64,000 bases of DNA, taken from Eledone cirrhosa. Lineage: Eukaryota. Below, piece by piece: positions 9,855-25,269 of the stretch. How positions within the stretch are numbered: position 1 is the stretch's first letter; every line of letters begins with the position of its first letter. Below the pieces are notes generated by a model. It was given only the letters and a program-made list of their open reading frames with translations, was not told the DNA's origin and ran no database searches. Location: the NCBI GenBank assembly GCA_964016885.1, contig OZ024745.1, positions 103,850,001 to 103,914,000 on the forward strand, given 5' to 3'. Made by a program: the position numbers and the translations under genes.

Positions 9855-12800
9855 TGTGTGTGTGTGTATTCTATTGAATTACAAGTATTCAATAACTGTT
9901 ATTTCTCTTGCTCAAATGATAATTAAAAAAAAACACATTCTACACCGTCCATCTTAGTTCTCTGTTATGATTCCCTATAATATAACTTGTTTGGATTTTA
10001 TTTCATTGTAGTATTGTTTAGAGAGGGGGAAAAAGGATCGGCTGATGGAATTGATGGTCTCTCTATTGCTTTATTTTTTTCTAAAATGTCTGATGTAGAT
10101 CATCGCATTGGTGTTTTTCCTATTTCTCTTTTGGTTGTTGAGTAAGTTTGCTATCTTGGGTATTTCCATCCGTCAATTCCCATAACATTTTGGTTACGTT
10201 TTCTACTCGACTTATTTCTGTAGTGTTACTGATATCATAACCAATTTTAGATGTCTCCTTAGGTTTAAAGAATTCTTTTGCTTTTGTTTCAAACCCGATC
10301 TCTTACTTTTCCTTTCTAAATAAAGTTTATTCTGGAACATTTACTATTTTTCTCAATTATGAAGATAATGTGAGTGGTAGTAATTATTATACACTGTTGC
10401 TTTGTCTGTCAGGAACAATTATTATACAGAGCTTTTCCTAGATATAAAACGTGAAACAGTTAACGTACCCAGATGTATTTTTATTTAGATAAACCAGTCT
10501 TTCTAATAAAGTTAAATACTTTCCATAACTTTGGTTTAATACCTCCCTGCATGATTTTGTTTTTTCTTAACTTCCTTCATAAACACATTATAAAATTTAA
10601 TTTTACAGAATACGTTTTTTTCTAATGTGTAATATTACGATATAATTTAATTCTTTTTTTGATTATTGTACTTGTTAATGCTTTCATTTACTGAATGAAT
10701 ACTTTTGATCTGTATTTGTAGTAGGCCAAACGTATTCGGGAAATTTTGTTCTCATTTTAACAATATCAATCAGGATGTTAGATTTTGTACCGGGACGCAT
10801 TGTCACTCACTCCTACACAAAAGTAATTCTTTTTTAAAAATACATCAACATAAAGTTGTAATATACATATTTGAAAATGTAAAACTATGAAGAAAAAAAA
10901 CAAAAGCACGAAAATATATGTATTAAGAAAGTTCTAGGGGAACAAATCTTGGAGGTGACTAGCACTAAACTTTTTTTTTTTTTTAATCATAATTGTGAGA
11001 GTGGACTTTTGCTACTAACGGTCAGTTTCACCGAACTCTTGAGAATCAGCATCACTGAGCCTCGAACCTGCATATGTCGGTCAGTGATCCCTTTGTTGAT
11101 TTGCACAGACTTTGCTGTTAATACACTGGTGAAAAGCACGGACATCACTGCTTAACTCTTTTTGTGAAAACTTGTTTATCAAGAAAACTTGTCGCTATGC
11201 GGTCTTCTGACATTTTAGAAATAGTAACCAAATTTCTCACAGATCTCCCTGCTGTTTTACAAAGTGTAAATTTACTGGAAAACACTCCCCAGTCGTTCGG
11301 TGGGAAATTAGCCTTTTTCCTTTTTTTAACATGTTTACAAAGTACCTGACCTCCAAATATATGTAGATAGCCTAACATACATATATATTGTACATGATTT
11401 TACACCTCATTTTATCGTTACTTTCCTTACTAATTTGATGGTCGAATTCGTTAAAAACATGAAACAAAAAAACTAGAAAAAAGAAACATTTCTCATCGAA
11501 CGGCTGTACCCCCCACCCCACCCCCTCCTCCGACAAAAAGGCATATTCGACAGTGTAATCGTAGATATGTGCAAAAAAGATGGGATATCTATGGCTGCAA
11601 CCTCTTCTGATCAGTGATGGCTGGTCTGGAAGTAAACAACTGCTGTCTTACAGCATGCTGACCTACCCGTTCATATTCACAAATCTGTATTGTCTCGGCT
11701 TTTAGAAAATACTTATGAGGAAACAAAGCCGGAGAGAGGGTCACTAAAATGTAGCTATGCCTGTATGTATGTCTACTTGTGTGTGTATATATATATATAT
11801 ATATGTGGGTGTGTGTATGTATGTATCTGTATGTATATACACATATATATATAATCGCATATATATTATATATGTGTGTATGTATGTATCTGTATGTATA
11901 TACACACACATATATATAATCGCATATATATTATATATATATGTGTGTGTCTGTTGTACATACATATGTATATCGGTATCTCGGGTGGATTTTGTCGACT
12001 CGAGATTGAGGCAAAGTTGATTTCAGCAGGATCGGTATTCATTGTATTTATAAGAAAATTGGACAAAATGCTTCGCAAAAATTAGCTCTTTTGTTTTAAG
12101 CTCAAATCCTTCAGTCGGGCCAACGAAGGATTACTCTACGTGCTAAAAATAGTAGCTCCTGAGATCACACCCTATCGTCTTAAAAGGAAGGACTACATTG
12201 GATAATGTAGTATGAGATATGAGACTATGATGTCTGGAAGGTTTTCATCGGGTTTGATGTGAATGTATCTAACCAACTTATGTATCAGTTCTAGATAGAC
12301 TACACTTTTACCATTAAAATGTGTGACCTTGTAACAAGTCATGATTATTAAAAGGAATTTCAACAATCAATGGTATCATATCATCATCATCATCATATCC
12401 TTACGTAATATTCAGGGTTATCTCCAAATATGGCACTTATATTACTTTGACTGATTCTAGGAGTGCCTCTGTTTATATCTACAATTTGCATGAGAATTTT
12501 TACGACGGCTTTAATTTCATTCTTTATTATACAACTAAAATTTTTTTTCAAGCGGTTAACTATCTTAATCTATTTTGTTTAAATTATCTAGTGGTTGTTT
12601 AGTCCCAGCCCAGCCATGTTAGAATACATATTACTAAAAAGCCATCTAACCGTAATCATCCCATCTTATATACCCATACATCGTGTATATTCTAGGACTA
12701 CATTACTCAATGTCTTCCTTTTTTTCCCCAAATGGTACGATGTTATATCTATTTCGAGGTCCTTCACGTCTTCTGTAAGTCGTCATTATGGTATTTAATT

Positions 12801-12929
12801 TCTCCCATAAAGACCATATTGATCGTATCAGTTGTGTGTTTAAAGTTGAATAACACTGTTTACAAACTAACTAGATCTTTCTGTTTATATCTTACGGATT
12901 AAAAATAATCTCTAATACACACACACACA

Positions 12930-13230
12930 CTGTCGAGTGGTTAAGAAGTTCGCTTCGCTATCCCGGGTTCGGTCTCATTGCGTGACATCTTAGGCGAATG
13001 TCATCATAGCCTCGAGCCAACACGAGCCTTTGTGGGTGGAATTAGGTAGATGGAAGTTGTAATTCATGAGTGCTGTTTTACCACATTGATTCCACTTGGA
13101 ATTACGTTAAAGATACAAGTGTCCATGGAATACTCAGCCACTTCGCACGCTGATTCTATGAGATTTTCAGTTGATCGAACTGGACGCTCGTACGTTATCC
13201 TCGACAGGAAAGTCCATTTTATGTGTCCAT
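12930..13230 (+). mobile_element. Degenerate tRNA-derived SINE (family C) with an adjacent repeat body
   Basis: GTCGAGTGGTTAAG...GGGTTCGGTC head; the downstream part resembles the reverse complement of 17230-17310. Confidence 0.5.
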
Positions 13231-16200
13231 TATATCTATGGTTATAATTTTATTTTTAATGACTAAAATATATATTTATTTGAAATATTAAGATCATTGT
13301 ATTAATTACATGTACACCCCCACCCATCCCCATTCCATTAAAATCGATGACTTCTTTGCATGAAAAATATGCAAGTTTGAGAAGAATCATGTATGTAAGG
13401 TTTTATTTCGGTTGTATATTTAGTCTAGAATTTCTAATTGTATGAGTTAGTTCATTTGCACTTAGTTTGAGAAAGGAAAAATATGTAACATTGCTTATTG
13501 GTCCGTTGCTATCTTTTTTCTTTTTGCATAATCAACAATTTCCCGCCCTTTAATCGTTTAATCTTTTGAGGGTCTGTAAATAAATAGGATTTTCAAGTGA
13601 TTTTTTTTTTAATTTTTTATTTATTTTTTTTTATTTGTTCGTTTCCCTTGGGGGAAAATCTGTTTTGTGTTACTATATTTTGACGGACTCTGGTAATTTT
13701 GTTAGTAATGTAATTTTGTGTTTCAGTTAAAGCACACAAATCCCATTGTTGATTGAACAGTAGTTTCATAAAGATGGCAGTCTGTTTACAATCATGAATT
13801 GGGTCATCTTTTTAAACAAAACTAATTAAGATTTTTCACCCCATTGCATTTACACACATAAAGTTCTGTTATTGACGATATCATTTTTTTTTTTTTTCCC
13901 GAATAATTAGTAAATTTATCCTGGTGAATTTGCTTCAGTTTTCTTGTTTTTTTTATTGTTTTTTTAGGGGTCCATGTAAATGGCTCAATGTTTCGTTTTA
14001 GATTTCGCTATCTGGCGTGGTATTCTTTTTGTTTGTGGTGTACATTGCTTGGTCAACAGTTATAAATCGAAGACCATCATCGATATGTTTATTGAAAGGG
14101 AATAATAATGACTACAAACTTATTTAGGGTTTCGTTAGAATGGCAACTATCCATAATCAAGGTTTTTTTTGTGTTACAAACCCTGTTGCCTGAACAAATT
14201 AACTGTGTTGAGTACTATTTCCTCCTCTCCTTTTTTACACATTAAATGTATTTTTATACAAGTTATAAATTTTGGTTTAACTGTAGTTGATTTAAATGTT
14301 TGAGGTCTAACTAGGAACAGAGACGAAACAATCGCCTGTTTTTTTTTTTTCTCGACCGTTGTATTTTAGGAATTTTGTGTGGCGTTTTATGGCAAAACTA
14401 AATCTGAAACTAGTTTGATTTGGTCGATCTTAATTGACATTTATTGGAGAGTGCGAATTAAACCATTTATGCGTGTCCAGGTTATCGATAAGTTTCTCTT
14501 TTTCCTGTGTATCTCTGACTCCTTGGGATTGTTTCAGTTTTCTCTAATAAATCTGCTTACGGCAAGACATGAAGTTACAAACTTCTAATGCTTTTATTCT
14601 CTGCTGATGTTAAATCTTATGACTTCGGTAGGAATAACTGTTGTAAACCACCGGATGAATATATTTCCTCTGCTTGCTACTGTCAGCCATACGAATCCAG
14701 CACGCACACAGACTTTGTTTACATGAGCTGCCTGCCACCTTCTGTTTTCTTTCTTTCTTTATTTATTTATTATTGTTGTTTGTTTCTTTTTTAGACCCAA
14801 TTTAGTGTGTGCCTTTCATCCTAGTGGAGCGAGATAGGTAGATAACATGTCTAGGGATTAGGGTAATGTTTTTTTTCTCTTAGACCAGCATACATTGAGT
14901 AAAACAAGTGCCAATTACTACCGTTCTGTCTTATATTTTTAGACTTTGTGCCCACGATTAAATTATCGAATGTGTCCTTCCGTTTTTAAGATGTAGGGTT
15001 GGATTTGAAGGAGATTTGACTATTTTTTTCCAGTTCGAGTAACCATAAAGGTTCGTTAATAGTTGTATATCTTAGGTTGACGAATTTTTCGATCATTATT
15101 TTGTATTTTAACTGTGAGATTATTAAAGTAAATACTTCTGTCCTTGTTCTTCGATCCTGTTATCTTTTTTCTATATCATTCTTTCTCATTTGGTAAATCA
15201 TAATTTTCTTAAATTCTCGTTATGGATGAAAATGGTAAAATTTAGTTTTGTTTTTCCTCTTCTAAAGACTGTTTTTCTTCGCATATAAGAGAATTACGAT
15301 TGACAAATAAAAAACAGCTTTAGCGTACACTTTCATCACTTTGAAATGGTGTTCACTTAAACCTGGGGAGTTGTGTAAGAAACTGTTCATATATTATGTT
15401 ACTGTATTCTCTCTCTCTCCACCCCTTTCATTTTAATTTATTCATTTAGCACTGCGCATAAACGTTTATTTTTACAATTTGGTCAGTGAGAGGCTTTGTG
15501 AGGTTCCTTTACTGGGATATATGATAAAACAATCCGTTATTGAAGTAATACATTGTTTCACCATGTTTTTAAAGGTGACAACGTATTTCCATCACTAAAA
15601 GCCGAGGTTACACAGATGACATAGTTTTGGCGTATTTTGGAATTTTAAATGATATTGATGTTTTCTGTGTATACAATATTTTCTTTTATATTCATTTAAA
15701 ATTTGGACGATTTTTTACAAGCTTACAATCTGATGTCGGAACTAGATTTTTTTTTTTACTATTAAATGTTGAAGTTAAATAGGGAGTATTGCCTGCAATA
15801 TTTATGTTAATGGTTTATAACTTGGATATTATTTTTTTTTTTTTAATTTAAAAGAAATTGTCTCCCCTACATTTGAGTTATCCACAAAGAAACAAAATTT
15901 GGCGTTTTTGTATCTTAAAACTTCAATATTGATAGATTGATTGTTATTTAATAAACTCAGGCCAACGGATCTTGTAGTCTATATGAACATTTACAAAAAG
16001 TAAACGATTAATTTTCGCATAGCTACGTGTACTTTAAAGTAATGTTTTCTAGTTGTGTAAGACAAAATATATATCTTACGAAATAAGAAAAACCAGGTTC
16101 ATCAGGTGTTAAATGACGTTTTGTTTTACATCCGCAAAATCCAATATTGTATTAGAAAATATTATAAACACATTAATGTGTATGTATTATACTTTATATT

Positions 16201-17189
16201 TTGTGTATATCAATATATTTTTTTTATATTCATTTAAAACTTGGGCAAAATTCTTTGCCTTCAACTATAGAGCCCTTCATTTACTATCCTATGCGTTTCT
16301 AATATTAAAATATTCGGTGTTTGGATTTAACATACCTGAACGAAAAATTCTCCTTTCATTTAAGTCTTTTTTAAGCGATACGTGAAAATCCAGAGACGAA
16401 GTATCGAATATTGCTAGATGTGTGAAGGGATGTGCAATACTCCTACACAATTAGCTGTTAGTATAAGATATAACATCAATTTCCTTTTCTTTGTCAAGTT
16501 GAGATATGCTAGCTGGATGAATTATTTCATAATGCTCAATGTACGTTGTCGACACCCCTCCTCTTTATTTCTCTGCAAATGGAAATCATTTAATATCTTA
16601 AACTCAAAAATCATAGAACTTATTTAGGGCATTAATTCTACCAACTTAAGTGAAATGTTATATTTTGAGGCGTATTTTGTTATATCAATCTTCAATTATT
16701 ATTGTTGTACACTATTACAACAAGGAAGTTAAGGGTTTTGTTAGAAAATGTATTGGCACCCACTGACTGACCATTGTTGGCTGGCCAGTAAAATACTAAT
16801 GAGTCGTATTGGGGATAAGAGATTTGACGTCTGAGAGTATGCCTATTGATCTAACCAGTGTGTGAATTTATATTTCACTAAAGAAATTTTGATACCCAGA
16901 AAGAGTTCCACTGAATTCTTTGTATTGTTTTTCAAACTTAACTAATTCTTAACGTTCTGTAAAACATTAGCAAGACATTCTTGTGAAGTACAAAACAGCA
17001 CTATGACTGAATCACAAAATGTCTCTTTAAGTTTACTACAAATTTTCACAATTTCTCTACCAATAAAGTTACTATAAACATTCGAATTAACTAACCATTT
17101 TTTTAAGATACTTTCTGCTAAATCATTACAGGATGTTAAGAGTTTGACCATTCTCAAGACTCTTCGATATATGGTTTTGGGAATCTTTG

Positions 17190-17470
17190 ACAGTAGCAGG
17201 CACTCCATGGATTATGACAACTTTTTCCAGTTGATACAATCAATGGAACAGCCTACTCATGAAATTAACGTGCAAGTGGCTGCGCATTCAGACACTTGTA
17301 CACTTAACATAGTTCTCAGTGTGATTTCATGTGACATGGCTGGTTCTTCAAATTACATGTGAGTGGACTAGAGCAATTTGAAATAGTCTCTTGCTCAAAG
17401 ACACAATGCACTGCTAGGAATGAACCTTACGATCATGAGCTGAATCCCTTAACCACTAAGCCACGTGCTT
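17190..17470 (-). mobile_element. Degenerate tRNA-derived SINE
   Basis: The minus strand begins GCACGTGGCTTAGTGGTTAAGG...TGTGTCTTTGAGCAAG, a head like family A. Confidence 0.6.
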
Positions 17471-20400
17471 TCATAACTTTGACAATATGGCTTGAAATCG
17501 CACAAGTCAACAAGAGTCCTCACCTTCTTAACAGGTATGATAAGCTATAATAAATTCAGTAGATATGACAAAACGTTTTCATTTTCTTGTTTTGTGCTCT
17601 GTCAAGTATTGTCTTTTACAACTGTTGAACTCCATTAATTTGAGATAAACAAAAATGATTAAATTTGTTTTGTTTTTCTGACAGATGATAGCTGTTGCCT
17701 TACAAAAAACTTGTTAGTTTGTAATGTTTTGTGTGTCATGCTGTTGACCTAAGTTTCAAAGTTTATATTCAGTTTTGCTTGGTAACCAGCTTAAAGGTTG
17801 GTTTGTCAATGATGCTATCAAAGTATTAATGATAATTAGTTTAACAACTAATTATCATGGTTTAATTTATATTGTATTCACTTTCAATGTTTCTCTAGAG
17901 TCTCTTGTAGATTATTACTGCTGATCATTATCAATGTTATTCAAACTGAAAATAAATTTTTTCAAAAGAAATTGTTCACACATTCTGCCTAACATAGAAA
18001 AAGGAAATTTGAATGTGTATTTAAGTTTGGATTTAACAAATTTAAATGAATTAGTAAGGTTAGTAATATTTATATGGCGTTTTATAACTGTTAGTTTAGA
18101 AGCACTTTTCCCATGTAAATCTATCTGTAAGAGTGCTCTGTGAAAATATTTTGCTGGATTGTTTTTTTATAGACTTAAACTTGAAAATCTTCTAGGTAAA
18201 TCTTATGGTGTATATGAACTCCATGTGGTAAGATCACTCTTATTATAAACTCTATTAGTGTGCATATTGACCATTAAGATAGTTCAAATTTGTGAGGAAT
18301 ATTTAGAACTAATCACCCCGTTTCTATGTCTGCTACATAGCTATGCTCTGTCTTATTTGGTGATTGAAAATTTCAAGATATTTGGCAAATATCAGGTGGC
18401 ATTTCGGGATCTACCTTAACGTCTTTACATGGTAGGTAAGGAAAGATGAAGTTGAGCAAGTGAAGGCTGGTTTCAGAAAACTAATGTATTTTTGTGCTAG
18501 GAGTAGCAGTGAAAATGAGTTGAAGGAATGTCGGCAGGTGTTAAAACTTAAGAGATGTTTGTAGCAAATTGCAATTTTTAAAAATTGTGCTTGAGGAGAG
18601 CTTGTCAACTTAGTGTTTATGTGGTTGTGACCTTGAATTTTTTAATTTTTTAGAGATTAATTTCTAAGGATGCAATTAATAGAGCAGATATTTTTGAAGC
18701 TTTGTTTGAATGGGATATCAGAAATGAAACTTGGACAAAAGCTAATTAGCATTGCTGGTGTTGAAAACACAAATTTTTTTTTTTTTTTTTATTAGACTTC
18801 ATTGCATTAACCATCAAGATGCATGCGGCCAGTCTTTGAAATTAAAGAATGTTATGAGCATTGTTGTAAAGATGGCAAATCTGATCCTATCACATAGATC
18901 AAATCATTGCTAATTTCATTAGTTTTTATTTAAGGAGGCAAAATAGGGGCCTTTGGCTTACTTCTGCAACGTACATTGTCGTAGCAGACAGTCTGTGCTG
19001 GAAGGAATATTTACATTGCATGAGGTAGCAGTATTCTTTGAAAGTAAAAGCGTATTCTTCACATTGTCATGATTCTGGCTGGCTTGCAATATTGGCATTT
19101 CTTGGCGACATTAGATCATTTAAATATTTTGAATTTACAACTCTAAGGAAAAAATTAGCTTATTCATAAGATATATGGTTCTGTTATGACATTTGAAAGC
19201 TGCAATTGTGGAAATACCAACTTCAAAAAGGAAATTGCACATTTCAGAAAAAATAAAATTCCGAACCACTGACATTTTTTTTATAAAGTCTTAGAATTAA
19301 AAGTTTTTATTTTATTTTGTGGATTTTCCCTTGCATACAGATGAGTTGATGGTGTTTGCTACTTCATTTGATGTTGAAGTTGACACTGCATTTGATGATT
19401 ATCAAATGGTTTTGATTGAGATGCAGTATTCATTCTGAAGATGTCAGTTCTTGACTTCTATTGAAAATATATTTATCTAAGTGAAAAGTATCCTAATTTA
19501 GTTATTCATGCCAACATATTGACAGTTCCGACCTACCTGTGGTAGCAATTCTTTTCAAAAATGAATCCCACCAACAACCATTTTAGCTGAAATTTTACTG
19601 ATGCCCTCCTGGATATCTGGCTGTTGGCATCACTGTCTGACACCCAATATTAACTCCTTTTGTTGGTATATTTCAAATGAAAGTCACTGTTTATGATTTT
19701 GAAAATAAGAATTTTGATGAATTTAGTAATTGATATAACTAATTTCTCGTTATTTATCTGGTGTATGGAACATACTTAAAGATTCTTACATAAAATTGAA
19801 GGAAGGTGTTAAGATAAATATAAACAGCTTTGTATTATAGAACCAAGGTTGTGAGTGTGGTGGGGTGGAGGAATCAATGACTTTTAATTGAACTAAAAAA
19901 AAATTTTTTACCAAATCATTTATTTGATGCATGTCCTTTTGGTCAGTTAATTATTGCCTATCAAATTGGACTTTACTAAGAAATCAGTTTCCAGCTAGAT
20001 TAGCTTATTCAATGGCAGTTAACATTTATAGTCACGGGTATGTTGCATTCTCTAAATGCTAGGAGATTAATTGTTTTTGTAAGGGTAGTAATACCAATAA
20101 GCAAGGGAAACTAAGTGAAAAACTATTACTAAAAATGTTGTGTATAGAGGTATTAAATTAATGGTATAAATTATTATTCAAATGATATAATGATGTGATA
20201 ATATGACTAATGTTAATTATTAGGTGTTGAGAGTCAAAGTAAAATCTATTTTCTTTCTCATCTATCCATCCACAGGGGATAAATTCAACAAAATTAGGAG
20301 ATTGTACAAATATGTCAGTAATTATTGTCGACAACCATAAAATTTCCATGGGTCCAGCTAGTTTACATTATTCATGGAAGATTTTGAAATCAATCATGTA

Positions 20401-20479
20401 AATGAACAGATTTTTAAAAAAGGTTTGGGGGGGTTCTTAAAATGCAATATATTTTACTGCTAGATATATCGTTTTTGCA

Positions 20480-20955
20480 TCCACTTTTCTATACATGATT
20501 GGGTTCCTCCATTTGGTGCAGTCCTTTATCATATCCTTTGTATGGTTCAATATCCTAACATCAACCATCATGACTTCTGCTCTTGTTGTCTTCAGTCTTC
20601 CTTTTCATCAGCTTCTATCTACTTGCATAATTTGATACTTATTTGCTTAATCTTACTTCATATGTATCACATGGACATACTATCAGTCTTTTCTTTGTAC
20701 ATGACAATGCATACCTCTGATGAACATTCACACTGGCATTTACATATCTGATGGTGCATGTTCACCTCATTGCTTTTCAGCCTTCACATATCCTCTGCAT
20801 TCTGTACTCGTGTCTTACTACTGTTCAATATTACAATTTCTATATAAAAGCATCGAGTCCTTCACTCAGAGAGAAAACCCTTTGTCAGCAAAAGTAATAA
20901 CTCCCTCTATTTTTTCTACCTTGACCATGTTCTGGCCTAGATAGACGCTACTATT
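20480..20955 (-). mobile_element. Highly decayed RTE LINE 3' fragment
   Basis: The minus strand encodes remnants such as ELLLLLTKGFSL that align with RELIPLFAAKGFSL in the 27-30 kb element. Confidence 0.65.
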
Positions 20956-22233
20956 TCTATTAGGTATTTATTATTTCAACAATTATATTTGTCTGTAAAA
21001 TGTACCTCAAAAACAATACAAATAAATTTGAACTTTTTGGTGTTAACAAGTACAAAACAAAGAAATTAGTGTTTTTTTAATATTCTTAATTATTTTCTAT
21101 TTTTCTTGGTCTAGCAAGATCTGTGATTAATGTTTTTGTAACTGTATTTCAAATGAAATACACTACATTTCAATTAAGTTAATGAAGAATTTTGAGGAAT
21201 TTACTAAAATTATTTCATTACTAAGATAGTTCTTATGTAAAGTTATGGTGGGAGATTTTAATTTAGATAGAAGCCTTTTAAAATGGTTTCATTTTATAGA
21301 ACCAGAGCTAGTTATGATCATGTTGGTATCAAAGGGATTAAATTCATTACAGTCTGTTTATTTCAATAGAATGTTTGAATTAAAATTCGAGTTTTGTGTT
21401 GCCCTGGGTCAGCATTGATTGAGTAGTCTTATGAAATGCATGTAGTTAACCAAAAAACAAGGTGTGATCCACAGGCCTTTCCTTTCGATTATACCATAAA
21501 TTTACCTTGCTGCAGGACAGTTCACTATCCTACATGCAGTGTAACAGTCTAAACATGTTGCACTCTATTCACTTTTTCTGTATACCTACAGATTCTGGTA
21601 TTGGCCACAGCAGAAGTAAGGTGAATTTGGTCAAAGAACTACAGTTACTGTTCTTCTGCACTTCTTGTTGGCAGTGTGCACCCTATCTCTTTAGTGAGGC
21701 TGTTGAATCTTAAAACCTATATATAGCTATAGGATTGTCTGAGCTGAATAGGAAAGTATTTTAAGATGCTGTTGTTGTAGTAGTTTTCTGTGGTGTTACA
21801 TATATCTTTTGGGTGCTTGGAGATGGTTTCTTTTCATTTTTAGTATTTTTGCTTTATGGAGAAATTTGAGGCCAAGTTCACAAGTATATAATGCATTATA
21901 TGTTCATCATTGTTCGTGCTTTTTTTTCTATTCACCAAATATAGTGCCTATGTGCTCTGTATGTTTATATGCTGTTGTTTCCTTAACTGTCTTATATATA
22001 TATATTTTGAAGGTGTATTTTTGCCTTGTAGTATGTTGAGATGGCTGGTTAGTTGTATTCAGTGTTTTGATGTTGCTGATTAGAGGAAGAGATTGGATTT
22101 GTTGGGGAGCTAGGTTTCTAGATAATCTAAATAGTTAGTTGTGCAATAGTGTCTGGAGATTGAAGGATGTGAGTATGATGTCATCTATATGAGGCTCTCT
22201 ATATTTTGTTGGGGGATGGGAAGGGTATGTAAA

Positions 22234-22413
22234 TATTTGTTTCTACTTTTTGGCACAAGGCCAGCAATTACCCAGTGCATTACTGGTACTTTATTTTATC
22301 GACCCCGTGAGGATGAAAGGCAAAGTCAACCTCGGCGGGATTTGAACTCAGATCGTAAAGGGACATAACTATGCTGGAAAGCATGACGTCCGACCCTCTA
22401 CCGATACTGCCAA
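22234..22413 (-). mobile_element. SINE family B copy
   Basis: Reverse complement of 3004-3188. Confidence 0.8.
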
Positions 22414-24214
22414 TTGATTGAAAAGTGTAAATGTGAGGATGGATCTCAGACAACTCCATTCTAAGAAACTTTAAGTTCTATAAGTTTTTTTACTTGTGTG
22501 AACCTATTCAATTGTTTACATGCTTGTTTGTATTCCACTCTTGATTAATGATAATTTGTTAATGATTAAAATGTGGTACAACCTTTTGTGTAAATTTTGT
22601 CTATTGTAAGTGTTACCATTAACAAAGCCTATTCTTAAGAGTAAGTTAAAATACAAGACTTTCTTTATGGAGAAAAGAAAGTAGTATTAGGTAGTGGAAA
22701 GGACTATATATATATATTCTGAATTGGCTAAATGAAACTATATTGTATTTTGTTTGGCTGCCAAGTGATTAGATGTATACTCCTATACCTAATGTTTCCT
22801 AAATTTTGCTATGTTAGAGATAGACCAGATTGCATATATAAAAAATATATGCATGGGCAAATTATGAAGATTTAACATATCACAAAATGGTTATCGGAGA
22901 AGATAAGTTGGGCAAGTTTGCTGGTTCATTTAAAATATATTATGTGTGGATTTATGAACCGGAAGAATTCCACAGGAAAAGTTATTTGAAGCCAAGTAAA
23001 GGCAGGTATAAATGTCATATGATACATAGCTTTGGTTTGATTGTTGAGATGTAAAATAGAGAAATTGATGTGTGTGGGTGTATGTTATGTAAGAAATCAA
23101 CATGTTGAGTTTGAGTTGCTTAAGAACCAATGTCTTCCTGTCCTTATCTGTGGTATTGTTAGATATTTTAAAATCCATATAAGGAGTTATAAAGTATAAA
23201 GATGATTTTCAATTGAATTATTTGTTTTGATAATCTAACTGGTGGTAAAAAGAAATGTTTTTTTTAATTGCTAAACTATCTAAAAATGTCAATGTTGTAT
23301 GGAAAAAAAAAAAAGTTAATTTGTCCATCCTTTATAAAATAAAAAAAGTGATAGATTAACAAAAACAATGGGATGGGCCATCTACTAATTCCAGATTGTA
23401 TTCTTTTCTTCAAATTTGATAAATTCATGAAATGCATATTATGTCTCTGTTGAAAAAAAGCAATTATCTTTTGAGGGTCGATATTTGGACAATTGGATTT
23501 GTGTATCAAAAATTACAATACCAGTTTGGAACTCATTCAAAAGCTCACATGATAGTATTTTATTTGAATTAAATGAAGGCCAATTTTAATAGATTTTTTT
23601 AAACCATAAATCTGGTGTAAGAATAATGCCAGCTATTGATTCACAAGTATAATTTTTAATTTGTTTTGTTTCTTTTATAAAAATTGTGAGTTGTTTACCT
23701 AACATTGCTTGCTGGAATGGAAGCAAAATTTAAAAAAAAAAGAAGTTTTCTTGACTCTTCTAGTGTGCAACTAGTTAGTCATATACTGACTCATGCCATT
23801 TCATACAACTGTGCAGTAGTGCAGTTGTTATTTATATCAGATTTTAGCTTGTCTGGAGCTTTTTTAATCTTATTGATAACAAGTAGTTCTAATCCTTATA
23901 GCTACCACATTCCTTATAAGAATATTTATTTAGTCATGTGCTCTTCTACCATCTAAATAGCTGGGTGTTTAATCAGTTCATCATAAATACTGAATTTAGC
24001 TGTAGCTTAAAACTAGAAACACCAACTTTATCTGCTTTTTCCAGTATATCACAATCTCTAATATTGACAAAAGTATTGGGTTCCACCTTATCGCCTTAAA
24101 ATAATTCCTTTTGTAATCATGCTGTTAACATTGGGTTTTTGTCTTTTTGATTAGTTTGTTTTGCTATTTCTAAATAAAACGTAAATGGAATCTGAATATT
24201 AATATTCATAATCA

Positions 24215-24495
24215 ATTTCACATTGCTCCTGTTTACTCAGCTGTAGAAATGAGATGGTAGGACTGGGGTCCTTATCATTCCTCTGCAAAGTGGTCGTGAA
24301 GGTGCCACGGCAAAAAAGCACCCAGCCCCCACTGTAAAGTGGACGTGTAGGCGCCACGGAAAAAAAAGCACCCAGCACTTACTGTAAATGAGGTTGTTGG
24401 TGTTAGGAAGGGCATCCAGCTGTAGAAATCAAGCCAAAATCAGTTCCTGTCCCACCCTTGCAAGCAGGGAAAAGCAGACGTAAAATGATGATGAT
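24215..24495 (+). mobile_element. 5'-truncated SINE family A copy
   Basis: Matches 3503-3729 with one extra internal unit and a (GAT)n tail. Confidence 0.85.
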
Positions 24496-25269
24496 TTTAA
24501 TCCAGACAACCACACTGGTCCTAGTGACACAAAATATGCTTAGTACATGCTGTAGAGTGGTTAGCGATAGGAGGGGCATCTTGCCATGCCAAAATCATGA
24601 CACTTACAAATACTTGGAAAAAACCTAAATTGTGTATGCAGCACTAACACTTTACATCATGTTGTACATGGTGTAAAAGTGATTTTAATGAAGTTGCATA
24701 TAGTAAATTAAGGTGAGAAAACTAGTGAAATGATCACATCAGTTATCTTATTTTCAAAAGTTGAAAGTAGACATCAAACAACATAGCGCCCAGCCACCAC
24801 CAGAAATTCCCTTCATGTCAGATACAAAACCTGTTATGGTTGTTACCATAAATGTAGAGATGCTAGAAAGAAGCAAGTACATGTGTGCTTTGTAGAAAGG
24901 GTAAGATGGGGAAGAGGCCCAGTCAGATTTCTCGAGACAGATACAAATTCTTTTGGACGATTAACAACATTGGTGTATGTGGGGTAGGCATATTGCTCAC
25001 AGAGCAATGGATAAAGATACTCAGAGACTGTCACAAAATGATATAACCCATTTGATACCAAACTGCCTGAAATCGGTTCTTTATTCAAAGCTGTTTAGTT
25101 ATCTAAACACTTTCAGTCATAATTTTATGAGAACCTTTAAGTTGTGCTCCAAACACCAGCTTAATACTGAGAAAGATATAATTCTAAATTCTTCCAAATG
25201 TTTTATTTTGAAATGATTTTAAAATTATAGGCAGTGTCAATTATTAGAAATCTGGTAATGAAAGGATTA

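Noticed and set aside
10949-11390. Less AT-rich segment with short ORFs on both strands; possible nested exon
   Set aside because: No recognisable protein motif and no clear pair of splice sites.
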